Part shown: piece after piece, positions 22,295 through 32,610 of the stretch
Layout of the letters: the number at the start of each line of letters is the position of its first letter
Numbering within the stretch: position 1 is the first letter of the stretch
Assembly: GCA_965237525.1 (NCBI GenBank)
Contig: CBDEFO010000004.1
Location: forward strand, 480,001-544,000
Reading direction: 5' to 3'
Origin: Candidatus Latescibacterota bacterium
GTDB lineage: Bacteria; Latescibacterota; CBDEFO01
DNA length: 64,000 nucleotides
Notes under the pieces: generated by a model
What the model was told of the DNA's origin: nothing
What the model saw: only the letters and a program-made list of their open reading frames with translations
Database searches by the model: none
Translations under genes and position numbers: made by a program

Positions 22295-23251
22295 ATGTCT
22301 GATGTCGAGGGTTCAGAGGACCAGATTGCTGATCGAGAACAATCAACAGCATCAGGTCTTACGCCCGATCAAATCCAGCAGTTTAAAGACGATGGCTTTT
22401 TGATCGTTCGCGACCTGCTCCCACGCGAGGCACTTCGACCGTTGATTGACGAAATGGAGCAGAAGGTGGACGAGGCTGCACATGAGGCGGTCAAGCGGCG
22501 GATCCTGGACCCGTCGAACACCTTTGAAGACGCGCCCTTTGAGACGCGCCTCTCTCTTATCTGCAGGACCTGCTCAGAGCGCAACTGGCTCTGGGAACAG
22601 TATTTCTACGAGCAGGATATCTCCGACCAGAAACAGAAACCCCGTACAGCCGGGATGTTCATACTTAGAACCTGGCCGTCTCTGCTGGATGTCTTGGAAT
22701 CAGTAATCGGTCCAGAGATTTTAGGCCACCCGACGTTCAACATACGCACAAAATTACCGGATCAGGAAGAGACCGTCATCCCCTGGCACCAGGATCTGGC
22801 ATTCCTTACACCGGAAGAAGCGGGGGATACGCTGGTTGCGAATTTCTGGATTCCTCTTGTGACGGCTACGGCAGAGAACGGCTGTATGCAGATGATGAGG
22901 GGATCGCATCGTTTGGGTCTGTTGCCGCAGAATGCTCGGATTCCTCTTCCCGGTGATAGGGAAAATATAGGCATTGCCGATGCCGATTTGCCGGACTGTG
23001 GAGTCGTGACGGGTGAAGTGGATGTAGGGGACGTCTTGATGACGACAGAACGGTTGGTGCATCGATCGTTACCCAACACGTCTAACAACATAAGATGGAG
23101 CGTCGATACTCGCTATAGCGCAATTGGGCTTCCAACTGGTCGTGATCATGTGCCCGGCTTTGTCGTCCGCAGCCTTAAGAATCCCGAGAGCGTGGCGCGA
23201 TCGCATCACGATTGGAATCGACTCTTTGAAGGGCAGGAAACCGAAGCCTGA
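22295..23251 (+). CDS. phytanoyl-CoA dioxygenase (PhyH) family Fe(II)/2OG oxygenase
   Basis: PWHQD, NFWIPL, ENGCM..GSH, HRS.PN, R.SVD.RY; AGGAGG RBS. Confidence 0.9.
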   Translation: MSDVEGSEDQIADREQSTASGLTPDQIQQFKDDGFLIVRDLLPREALRPLIDEMEQKVDEAAHEAVKRRILDPSNTFEDAPFETRLSLICRTCSERNWLWEQYFYEQDISDQKQKPRTAGMFILRTWPSLLDVLESVIGPEILGHPTFNIRTKLPDQEETVIPWHQDLAFLTPEEAGDTLVANFWIPLVTATAENGCMQMMRGSHRLGLLPQNARIPLPGDRENIGIADADLPDCGVVTGEVDVGDVLMTTERLVHRSLPNTSNNIRWSVDTRYSAIGLPTGRDHVPGFVVRSLKNPESVARSHHDWNRLFEGQETEA

Positions 23252-23486
23252 CGCATAAACAGAAAAATCCACAATCTGGGCGAACCAGATCCGACGATCG
23301 AATTTCTACAGCCGGCCTGGATCGAGCCCATGCACTATGCCTTACGGGCGCTCGCCGGGGAAAAGGCGGGCGGTATGACCCACCTGCATGCGCTCATCCG
23401 GCCCATGATAGTTGAAAATCCAGTCGGTTGGACGTGGCGGCGATGAAGACGCTGCACGAACCATGGAAAAAAGCGGGGACTGAAAT

Positions 23487-25013
23487 ATGAAAGCTCTTCA
23501 GATTGCAGCCAAGTTACATCAAGAGACAGACCAGCCGATTTATGAACAAGGGATAGAAGCGTTACTTGTCATTGCTATGGTGGCGGTGATAGCGCTGCTA
23601 TTGTCCGTGACCGCAGTCCCAGCCGTGCTTTCGCCGGGTGCGACCGAGGTATCGGAGGTGAGCGCTGCGCCGGTTCATGCGCTGCGCGTGATTCTGCCGG
23701 CCGGCACCGCCAAGACGCTCCGGCTGCACAACGTGCAGGAGCCGAAGGTCGAAGCACCGGACGGAGTGCGCGCCGAGACCTTCTGGCTCTGGGGCGACCT
23801 GCGCCCGTTCGTCGAAGGTGGCGATCGTTTCGTGCCTATGTGGCTGTTGCCCTGGCGCGTCGGACCCAGGCCGGACCCCATTGTCAGACTGCACGCCGAC
23901 AAGCCCGGAGAGTATGTCGTGCCCGTCGCCGAGGGCGTAACGGTCAACCTCGAGGTCACCCAGCCGCTGCCGAAGCCCGACATCGGCCTGGGGTTTTACA
24001 ACCCGTTCACGTGGCCCAAGCCGGAGGAGGAGCCGCTCATCCGGCGCAGCATGCGCGATCATCTGCTGAACGTCTTCACTCCACGGCCCGATCCCGTGCA
24101 CGATTCTCTGCCGCATGCACCCAGGCAGGACAACACTGCCGCGCGCATCGCCTGGCGCATCGACGCCGCTATCGAGGAAGGACTCATCGGTCCGAAACAT
24201 CCGCTGTTGTGGCTCTCCGTCTGTCCAGAGGATATCGTCAAGGCCAAGCTGCTGGCACGCTACCCTGATCGGTGGCCGCCCCTTGTCTGCGGCAACGTGG
24301 ACGAGCCTGGTCTACACAGGGAGAAGTTGGTTCGCCAATACGCAGCCGCCGCACACAAGTTGGGAGTTCTCAGCGGCACGGCCATACCGGGTTACAGCAT
24401 CATGGCCTTCGGCGATGTGCTGGACATGTGGATCCTGAATATCGAGCAAATGAACGAAGAAATCCGACGCCGGGCACAGGAACAGGGTGCCTGGCTGTGG
24501 GTGTACACGTCGGCGATGCGCGGCACGAACGCGCCGATTCACCGATACCTGACCGGGCTGTGGGCCTGGGCCGTCCGCCCGGAGGGCGTGCTCGTGTGGG
24601 CATTCGCGCACGACTTACGTGAATTCACCGGGCCGCAGGACGTCTTCGCCATCCAGCACAGCCACGCCGTCGCAGGACCCGACGGCCCTATTGACTCCGT
24701 GGGCATCGAGGGGATGCGAGACGGCGCCATCGACTACATGTTGCTTCGACATCTGGAGCAGCTGGTCGCGCACCCGAATTTTACAGATGCGGAATGGGAA
24801 GATTACTATAATCTCCATAAGGCGGCGCAGTGGCTCGAGCAATTGCGCGCGTCGGTGCCACCGCACTTCTGGCCGCATGGTACCGCCTACTGGCCAACAA
24901 ACATCCGCAAAAGCCTCTGGGATGGTCCAGACACCCAGAACCCGCCGGTGGCGTCCTTCTCCCACCTCCGGGCCAAGGCGTGGAAGTACATCAGCGAAAT
25001 TGAACAGCAGTGA
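23487..25013 (+). CDS. secreted hypothetical protein, DUF4091/GH123-like barrel (start possibly 23577)
   Basis: hydrophobic signal-like segment; DEP, WVY, GVLVWA and EGMRDGAIDY motifs. Confidence 0.5.
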   Translation: MKALQIAAKLHQETDQPIYEQGIEALLVIAMVAVIALLLSVTAVPAVLSPGATEVSEVSAAPVHALRVILPAGTAKTLRLHNVQEPKVEAPDGVRAETFWLWGDLRPFVEGGDRFVPMWLLPWRVGPRPDPIVRLHADKPGEYVVPVAEGVTVNLEVTQPLPKPDIGLGFYNPFTWPKPEEEPLIRRSMRDHLLNVFTPRPDPVHDSLPHAPRQDNTAARIAWRIDAAIEEGLIGPKHPLLWLSVCPEDIVKAKLLARYPDRWPPLVCGNVDEPGLHREKLVRQYAAAAHKLGVLSGTAIPGYSIMAFGDVLDMWILNIEQMNEEIRRRAQEQGAWLWVYTSAMRGTNAPIHRYLTGLWAWAVRPEGVLVWAFAHDLREFTGPQDVFAIQHSHAVAGPDGPIDSVGIEGMRDGAIDYMLLRHLEQLVAHPNFTDAEWEDYYNLHKAAQWLEQLRASVPPHFWPHGTAYWPTNIRKSLWDGPDTQNPPVASFSHLRAKAWKYISEIEQQ

Positions 25014-25621
25014 CCATCGAGCACCCTGACGATGGACTCCCGGTGAGCTTTGGGCGCAGACGCCATCTGAAGCTGTGAGCCACAACTTCGACAGGAATTT
25101 ATACTTTTCTCTGCTAAGTCTTCCCTCTCAAGATTTTCTCTGGAGACCAGGACCCCCAAGCTCCCCCGTTTCTCCAGCTTCGATTTTATCTGTTCCAAGT
25201 AAGCAAATAGATCGGTGTCGGTTCGATTTGGTCATGATCTTCATTAGAAGGAAACGCTGCCCCTGCCCTTGCCGCCAATGGACTTTTCCAGCGCCTCAAG
25301 AACCGCTCACCGATGCCAGGCGGAGCTCCGCCTGGCATCGGTCCTGAGTATCCGTACAAAAGCGCGAACTCCCGGAAGAAAGATGCTCTCGCCAGAGTCA
25401 ATGCTCCGGTGGATGCGGACTTCCCGACGATGAAGCTTGGACTACACCGTTGGGATCGACGCGGAAGAAGGGGTACGTCAGAATCGTCGAGATGCTTTCA
25501 GCTAAAGACGAATCAGTCGGAGATGGGAACGCATGAAGCATCTTGGCGTAAAGACTTACATGAAGTGGCTAAACTTGACTGCAAATCTTTGTGTGCGTGA
25601 GCGCTCGTGGGTCACTGGTCC

Positions 25622-26485
25622 TCAATCCACGGGTATGCGATAGGATGTTCGGTCTATGACCTCGTGATCAGAGGACCGTGCCGTCTGGAGCGCGTTTTCG
25701 GTAAGCGGAAGGTAGTGATGGGTCTCCGCGTTCATCGAGATAAAGCCTTCCGCGTAGGCGCAGTGGCCGCACATACCAAAAGCCCCGTCGTTGGCCTCGA
25801 TCCGCTTGCGCGCATACGCTCCGGCGTAGCCCTGGCTCACCATGCAGTCCAAGGCCGCCAGCTTTTTGTCCACCACATCCGTGATGTCAACGAACACGTC
25901 GTTGTAGTAACCGCCTTCAGAGTCCCACAGACTCCGGCGAATGGAGGCCGCACCCGCTCCATAGAAAAAGACCTGTGCCACCCGGTGAGGTGGACGCCGA
26001 TCTCCCGGTTCAACACTGCCGGCCAGACTTATGGCGGCCAAGACCGTCTGCCCTGTGATGGCGTGCGGATTTATCAGTCCTTCATGCTCCTTCGGGAAGT
26101 GGGTCAAGAGGATGTCAGGTCTCAATTCACGAAACAGTCGCCCCAGACGCCGCACAGTCTCCTCGGTGACCAGCAGCACCGCATCGTCGGCTCCGAAAAA
26201 GTGTATGTCCTCCACCCCTAATATCTCACAGGCCCTGCGAGTCTCCTCGGCCTTGACATCCGCCCGCTCCCCCATGAGCCGCACGAGCTCTTCACTTTCC
26301 GGGACCTCGTCACGGTGAAACATCGAATCGCTGATCACGTCGTCGTGCACTCGGGCTCCATGGGTCATCACCACACAGCCTACGTAGTCACCGCGTCTTG
26401 TGTGGTGGGCCATGGTTCCCCCAGATTGGTCGAAGATGTCGGCTGGGTGTGCCCCAACTGAGAGTATGCGCAGTGGCTCGTTCAT
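25622..26485 (-). CDS. PIG-L/LmbE family protein, GalB-like (HxAD)
   Basis: GAHPAD, RPDILLTH, VDITDVVDKK, YAEGF. Confidence 0.8.
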   Translation of the reverse strand: MNEPLRILSVGAHPADIFDQSGGTMAHHTRRGDYVGCVVMTHGARVHDDVISDSMFHRDEVPESEELVRLMGERADVKAEETRRACEILGVEDIHFFGADDAVLLVTEETVRRLGRLFRELRPDILLTHFPKEHEGLINPHAITGQTVLAAISLAGSVEPGDRRPPHRVAQVFFYGAGAASIRRSLWDSEGGYYNDVFVDITDVVDKKLAALDCMVSQGYAGAYARKRIEANDGAFGMCGHCAYAEGFISMNAETHHYLPLTENALQTARSSDHEVIDRTSYRIPVD

Positions 26486-27247
26486 TTGAGATCCCCTTTC
26501 GTCCGTGAGACGTTCTGCTTTGTCATTTGATGTTGCGGGCTCAGCCTGCCGTCAGCCTCCTTCACAGGAAGTCGTCCACCTCAACCCGGAGATGTACTAG
26601 CACTGTTCTCGGCCGCAAGCAGGGCCGTCGGAATGCGGCGTTCGTGTTCGAGACTGTTCCAGTAGTGCTTGCTTTCCTCAAACGCACCTAAGAAGGTAGA
26701 CAGAAGAATTGTTATAGGAACTGAAAAAATATTCGACAAAGGCTCTCAATCAACTGGAGGATGGACTCAAATTGGCAGACAACTTTTTGGAGGAACAGAC
26801 TATAGTCTGGACAACACTGTTCCACTGATCGTAGAAGTGCCTCTATCTAACTCGGAGATCGTGTTCGTCACTTCCTTCGCCAGATCTTCCACTCTTTCTA
26901 TCTCTGGACACCATGTATCCAGCGTCGGCCTCCCCTCCACCACCATGGGCAGAGCCTTGAACACCATCGTGCTCTCCCCTTTTTGCACGCCCACCGCAAT
27001 CTGTACGGTTCTTATTCTCTGACGACTCGCCCCGTCGAGAGAATCCGCCGCTCGGCTGTTCGCTCGAAGGACCTTTGTAACCTCGCCTCCTCATCCTGAA
27101 TGTCGTTTACCGGCAGTTTCAGACTCGGGGGGTAGTCCGGACCCGGTAGCAGACCCTTGCAGTTACCTTTTCATTCTGAAACTGCTTTGCCATCCCTCTG
27201 CCAAAGACAGTTTTGCTTATTTCGCCGATATCTTTTCTCATCAAGTG

Positions 27248-28423
27248 TCAGATTACCGCCAGCGCTTTGTTTTCGATCTCGTCCCAATTCGGTTCCTCAA
27301 CGGGATAATCCTCGCAAGCGATGTACATATAGCCATCTTCAACGACGGCCCTACCGCTTGCGGTTCCCAACGTGCCCATGCCGACTCCCTTCTCGAATAT
27401 CGGATCGTTCTTTATGGCCAGGATTACATTGGGGTCTCCACCGTGCACGCTGACCCCGAAGCTCTCGGCCAGATGGGCCAGCTTCATCTGTGCCGTAATA
27501 TCTTTCCCACGTTGACGAACGATGTCCACAGCCTGCATGGCCAAAAATCCCGATGCGTTATACGGCTGTCCTGCTGTTACCGAGCCTGACCACTCTAAGG
27601 CTAATATCGGTAAATCCAATGTATCGCATAACTTCTTAAGTCCCATTAAGTCCCAATCTTGAAGGGGTTCCTCCATCCACGAATAGTTGAGTTTCTCCAA
27701 AGCTCGTCCCACCTTTACCGCATCGTTGTACGTATAGTTCTGGACAGGATCGTGCATTAAGAGAAAATCATCTCCCACTGCGGCACGGAGTTCCTGTGCC
27801 AGTTCGATATTCGTCTTCACACCGCCATAGGAGTGATCCTTACACCCCTTATACCCTTCTTCCTTGAACTGCACAGCTTGCGCGACCACATCGTCTATCG
27901 TTCCATCAGGGAGATTCCGGTACGCTGGAATCTTCTCCCTGTAACCTCCTAATAGCTTGTAGAGCGGTTGCTTGGCGTGGCGACTGGCAAGATCCCACAG
28001 CATATTGTCTATTATGTTGCTAATTCTGGGGTAGGAGAACCGTTTCGCATACCACAATCTCTGCCAGATGTATTCCCGGTCGAAAGCGTCCACGCCTATC
28101 AACAGAGTGGCAGTGGTCGCTTTGATGTGTTTGGCCTCCCACTCCAGGTCGTCACCGTAAAAACCATTGGCGAATGCTGTGTAGGCATCCAGATCCCCAT
28201 CGGTGACCAGCCGCAGCATAGAGCTATAGGTCGGCGTTGGAGTATCATCCTTGTACTCTATAATCTCTTGATTGTATTCCGAGTCTGGGCCAAGAATTCC
28301 ATGCGAACGAGTAAAGATTCCTGACAATCCGGGAGGTACCTTCTCAATAGATTCTGTGTTCTTGACGTGCCTGTCACTAGGCTCGCCCTCGAGGATATAA
28401 AACTTTACGTCCTTGATCTGCAT
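27248..28423 (-). CDS. mandelate racemase/MLE (enolase superfamily) paralogue 5
   Basis: LWDL, GCKDH, MHDP, WMEEP, ALEW, VHGG. Confidence 0.9.
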   Translation of the reverse strand: MQIKDVKFYILEGEPSDRHVKNTESIEKVPPGLSGIFTRSHGILGPDSEYNQEIIEYKDDTPTPTYSSMLRLVTDGDLDAYTAFANGFYGDDLEWEAKHIKATTATLLIGVDAFDREYIWQRLWYAKRFSYPRISNIIDNMLWDLASRHAKQPLYKLLGGYREKIPAYRNLPDGTIDDVVAQAVQFKEEGYKGCKDHSYGGVKTNIELAQELRAAVGDDFLLMHDPVQNYTYNDAVKVGRALEKLNYSWMEEPLQDWDLMGLKKLCDTLDLPILALEWSGSVTAGQPYNASGFLAMQAVDIVRQRGKDITAQMKLAHLAESFGVSVHGGDPNVILAIKNDPIFEKGVGMGTLGTASGRAVVEDGYMYIACEDYPVEEPNWDEIENKALAVI

Positions 28424-28574
28424 TGAAAGAACCTCTCTTCTTAACGTGGTGAGGTGAGGATTAAGCGGAGGCAGTAAACCACGAAGCGGTCGCGCTTACA
28501 TTTGTCCGTTATTACAATAATTCCTTATGTTAATTCTTTGATCTGCCGATTCATTTGCAGCCTCTTTCTAAACC

Positions 28575-29747
28575 TCAAATTACCGCCAGAGCTTTCTTTT
28601 CGATCTCGTCCCAATTCGGTTCCTCTACGGGATAATCCTTGTAATCGATGGACATATAGCCATCTTCGACGACGGCCCTACCGCTATTTGAATGTATATT
28701 TCCCAAGGTTACTGCCTCTAATATTGGATCGTTTTTTATAGCCAGGAGTACATGGGGGTCTCCACCGTGCACACTGACCCCGAAGCTCTCGGCCAGATGG
28801 GCCAGCTTCATCTGTGCCGTTATATCTTTCCCACGTTGACGAACGATGTCTACAGCCTGCATAGCCAAAAATCCCGAGGCGTTATACGGCTGTCCTGCTG
28901 TTACCGCGCCTGACCACTCTAAAGCCAATATCGGCAAATCCAATGTATCGCATAACTTCTTAAGTCCCATCAAGTCCCAATCTTGAAGAGGCTCCTCCAT
29001 CCACGAATAGTTGAGTTTCTCCAAAGCTCGTCCCACCTTTACGGCATCGTTGTACGTATAGTTCTGGACAGGATCGTGCATCAACAGAAAATCATCTCCC
29101 ACTGCGGCGCGGAGTTCCTGTGCCAGTTCGATATTTGTCTTCACACCGCTATAGGAGTGATCTTTACACCCCTTAAACCCTTCTTCCTTGGCCTGCACAG
29201 CTTCTGCGACCACATCGTCTATCGTTACACCACCGATATTCTGGTACGCTGGTATCTTCTCCCTGTAACCTCCCAATAGCTTGTAGAGCGGCAGCTTGGC
29301 GTGTCGACTGGCAAGATCCCACAGCATAAAGTCTATCTTCTCGCTAATTCTGGGGTAGGAGAACCGTTTGGCGTACCACAATCTCTGCCAGATGTATTCC
29401 CGGTCGAAAGCGTCCACGCCTATCAACAGAGTGGCAGTGGTCGCTTTGATCTGTTTTGCCTCCCACTCCAGCTCGTCACGGTGAAAACCACTGTTGAATC
29501 CAGTGTAGCCATCCAGGTCCCCATCGGTGACCAGCCGCAGCATAGAGGTATAGGTAGGCATTAGAGTATCATCCTTGTACTCTATGAGTTCTTCATTATA
29601 ATCCGAATCTGCGCCAAGAATGCCATGCGAACGAGTAAAGATCCCTGACAATCCAGGAGGTACCTTCTCAACAGATTCTGTGTTTTTGACGTGCCTGTCG
29701 CTAGGCTCGCCCTCGAGGATATAAAACTTTACGTCCTTGATCTGCAT
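28575..29747 (-). CDS. enolase-superfamily paralogue 4
   Basis: same motifs; near-duplicate of its neighbours. Confidence 0.9.
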   Translation of the reverse strand: MQIKDVKFYILEGEPSDRHVKNTESVEKVPPGLSGIFTRSHGILGADSDYNEELIEYKDDTLMPTYTSMLRLVTDGDLDGYTGFNSGFHRDELEWEAKQIKATTATLLIGVDAFDREYIWQRLWYAKRFSYPRISEKIDFMLWDLASRHAKLPLYKLLGGYREKIPAYQNIGGVTIDDVVAEAVQAKEEGFKGCKDHSYSGVKTNIELAQELRAAVGDDFLLMHDPVQNYTYNDAVKVGRALEKLNYSWMEEPLQDWDLMGLKKLCDTLDLPILALEWSGAVTAGQPYNASGFLAMQAVDIVRQRGKDITAQMKLAHLAESFGVSVHGGDPHVLLAIKNDPILEAVTLGNIHSNSGRAVVEDGYMSIDYKDYPVEEPNWDEIEKKALAVI

Positions 29748-29898
29748 TGGAAGAACCTCTGTTATTAACGTGGTGAAGTGAGGATGAAGCGGAGGAAGTA
29801 AACCACGAAGCGGTCGCGCTTACATTTGTCCGTTATTACAATACTTCCTTATGTTAATTCTTTGATGTACCGATTCATTTGCAGTCTCTTTCTAAACC

Positions 29899-31092
29899 TC
29901 AAATTACCGCCAGAGCTTTCTTTTCGATCTCGTCCCAATTCGGTTCTTCTACAGGATGATCCCCGCAAGCGATGTACATATAGCCATTTTCAACGACCGC
30001 CGTGCCCTGGAAAGTAAGTTTTGCATCGGTCAGATCCCTTGCTGTTCCCCAGGAAGCTGCCTCGAATACTGGATCGTTTTTTGTAGCCAGGACTACATGG
30101 GGGTCTCCACCGTGCACATTGACTCCGAAGCTCTCGGCCAGATGGACCACCTTCATCATTGCTGTTATATCTTTCCCGCGCTGGCGCACGATGTCTACAG
30201 CCTGCATAGCCAAAAATCCGGATGCGTTATAGGGCTGTCCTCCGGTTACCGCGCCTGACCACTCTAAGGCTAATATCGGTAAATCCAACGTATCGCATAA
30301 CTTCTTGAGTCCCATCAAATCCCAATCTTGAAGAGGCTCCTCCATCCACGAATAGTTGAGTTTCTCCAAAGCTCGTCCAACCTTTACGGCATCGCTGTAG
30401 GTATAGTTCTCGACAGGATCGTGCATTAAGAGAAAATCATCTCCCACCGCGGCGCGAAGCTCCTGTGCCATTTCGATATTCCCATTCACACCGCGATAGG
30501 AGTGATCCTTACACCCTACAAACCCTTGCTCCTTTGCCCGCACAGCTTCTGCAATCAGATCGTCTATCGTTACACCGACGATATTCTCGTACGCTGGTAT
30601 CTTCTCTCTGTAACCTCCCAATAGCTTGTAGAGCGGCAGCTTGGCGTGTCGACTGGCAAAATCCCACAGCATAAAGTCTATCTTGTCTTCAATTCTGGGA
30701 TAGGAGAACCGTTTGGCGTACCACAATCTCTGCCAGATGTATTCCCGGTCGAAAGCGTCCACGCCTATCAACAGAGTGGCAGTGGTCGCTTTGATGTGTT
30801 TGGCCTGCCACTCCAGCTCGTCACGGTGAAAACCACTGCCGATTCCGGTGTAGGCATCCAGGTCCCCATCGGTGACCAGACGCATCATCGAGGTATATGT
30901 GGGCATTAGGGTATCGTCCCTGTACTCTATCAGTTCAGGATTATGTTCCGACTCTTGGCCACGAATGCCATACGAATGAGTAAAGAGTCCTGACAATCCA
31001 GGAGGTACCTTCTCAATAGGTCCTGAGCCTCTGACGTGCCTCCCACTCGGCTTTCCCTCGAGGATATAAAACTTTACGTCCTTGATCTGCAT
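29899..31092 (-). CDS. enolase-superfamily paralogue 3 (start at MQIKDV)
   Basis: same motifs; start aligned with the other paralogues. Confidence 0.9.
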   Translation of the reverse strand: MQIKDVKFYILEGKPSGRHVRGSGPIEKVPPGLSGLFTHSYGIRGQESEHNPELIEYRDDTLMPTYTSMMRLVTDGDLDAYTGIGSGFHRDELEWQAKHIKATTATLLIGVDAFDREYIWQRLWYAKRFSYPRIEDKIDFMLWDFASRHAKLPLYKLLGGYREKIPAYENIVGVTIDDLIAEAVRAKEQGFVGCKDHSYRGVNGNIEMAQELRAAVGDDFLLMHDPVENYTYSDAVKVGRALEKLNYSWMEEPLQDWDLMGLKKLCDTLDLPILALEWSGAVTGGQPYNASGFLAMQAVDIVRQRGKDITAMMKVVHLAESFGVNVHGGDPHVVLATKNDPVFEAASWGTARDLTDAKLTFQGTAVVENGYMYIACGDHPVEEPNWDEIEKKALAVI

Positions 31093-31285
31093 TGGAAGAA
31101 TCTCTCTTGTTAATGTGATTAGGGAATGTGTTTTTGTACGGACGAGGCGCCACGGTCGCTTTGTTAGGGAGGATGTAGCGGAGGCAGTAACCACGAAGCA
31201 GTCGCCACCACATTTATCCGTAGTTACAATAACTACTCATGTTAATTCTTTGATCTGCTGGTTCATTTGAAGTCTTTTCTAAACA

Positions 31286-32476
31286 TTAGATTACCGCCAA
31301 AGCTTTCTTTTCGATCTCGTCCCAATTCGGTTCCTCTACAGGATTGTCCGCCCATGCGATGTACAAATATCCGTTTTCAACGACGGGCCTGCCCCGGACA
31401 GTGAGTTTCTCATCGCTCGGAGCACCTGCTCCATGCAAGGAGGTTAGCTCGAATGTTGGATCGTTTTTTGTAGCCAGGACTACATGGGGGTTTCCGCCGT
31501 GCACATTGACTCCGAAGCTCTCGGCCAGATGGACTACCTTCATCTCTGCCGTTATACTCCACCCACGTTGACGAACGATGTCCACAGCCTGCATGGCCAA
31601 AAATGAAGATGCGCTAAACGGCTGTCCTCCGGTTACTGCTCCTGACCACTCTAAAGCTAATATCGGCAAATCCAATGTGTCGCATAACTTCTTGAGTCCC
31701 ATAAAATCCCAATCTTGAAGGGGCTCCTCCATCCAGGAATAGTTGAGTTTCTCCAAAGCTCGTCCAACCTTTACCGCATCGCTGTAGGTATAGCTCTCGA
31801 CAGGATCGTGCATTAAGAGAAAATCATCTCCCACTGCGGTGCGAAGCTCCTGTGCCATTTCGATATTTCCTTCCACACCGCGATAGGAGTGATCCTTACA
31901 CCCAACATACCCTTCTTCCTTGGCCTGCAGAGCTTCCGCGACCAGATCGTCTATCGTTACACCGACGATATTCTGGTACACTGGAATCTCCTCTCTGTAA
32001 CCTCCTAATAGCTTGTAGAGCGGCAGCTTGGCATGTCGACTGGCCAGATCCCACAGTATATTGTCTATCTGCCCACTTACCGGGTAGGAGAACCGTCTTG
32101 CGTACCACAATCTCTGCCAGATGTATTCCCGGTCTAAAGCGTCCACACCTATCAACAGTCGGGCAGTGTACGCCTTGAAGGTTTTTGCCTGCCACTCCAG
32201 TTCGTGACGGTGAAAACCACTTCCGAATCCCATGTAAGCATCCAGATCCCCATCGGTGACCAGACGCACCATAGAGGTATAAGTCGGTTTAAGGCTATCA
32301 TCCTTGTACTCTATGAGTTCAGGATTATGTTCCGACTCTTTGCCACGAATGCCATACGAATGAGTAAAGAGTCCTGACAATCCAGGAGGTACCTTCTCAA
32401 TAGGTCCTGAGCCTCTGACGTGCCTCCCACTCGGCTCGCCTTCGAGGATGTAAAACTTTACGTCCTTGATCTGCAT
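31286..32476 (-). CDS. enolase-superfamily paralogue 2 (start at MQIKDV)
   Basis: same motifs. Confidence 0.9.
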   Translation of the reverse strand: MQIKDVKFYILEGEPSGRHVRGSGPIEKVPPGLSGLFTHSYGIRGKESEHNPELIEYKDDSLKPTYTSMVRLVTDGDLDAYMGFGSGFHRHELEWQAKTFKAYTARLLIGVDALDREYIWQRLWYARRFSYPVSGQIDNILWDLASRHAKLPLYKLLGGYREEIPVYQNIVGVTIDDLVAEALQAKEEGYVGCKDHSYRGVEGNIEMAQELRTAVGDDFLLMHDPVESYTYSDAVKVGRALEKLNYSWMEEPLQDWDFMGLKKLCDTLDLPILALEWSGAVTGGQPFSASSFLAMQAVDIVRQRGWSITAEMKVVHLAESFGVNVHGGNPHVVLATKNDPTFELTSLHGAGAPSDEKLTVRGRPVVENGYLYIAWADNPVEEPNWDEIEKKALAVI

Positions 32477-32610
32477 TGAAAGAACCTCTCTTGTTAGCGC
32501 GGTGACGTAATGTCTTCTTGCAGTGACCAGGCGCTGTGTCCACTGTGTGGCTCGCTGCTTCCACGGTAGGCCACGAATTGATCGCACTTACATTGTCTGA
32601 TAACCCCTGC

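Noticed and set aside
26669..27150. Short ORFs as a possible IS fragment
   Set aside because: I found no convincing transposase motif or paired inverted repeats.
27248..32476. Diversity-generating retroelement acting on the enolase array
   Set aside because: No reverse transcriptase is present; the differences are not adenine-specific and include indels.
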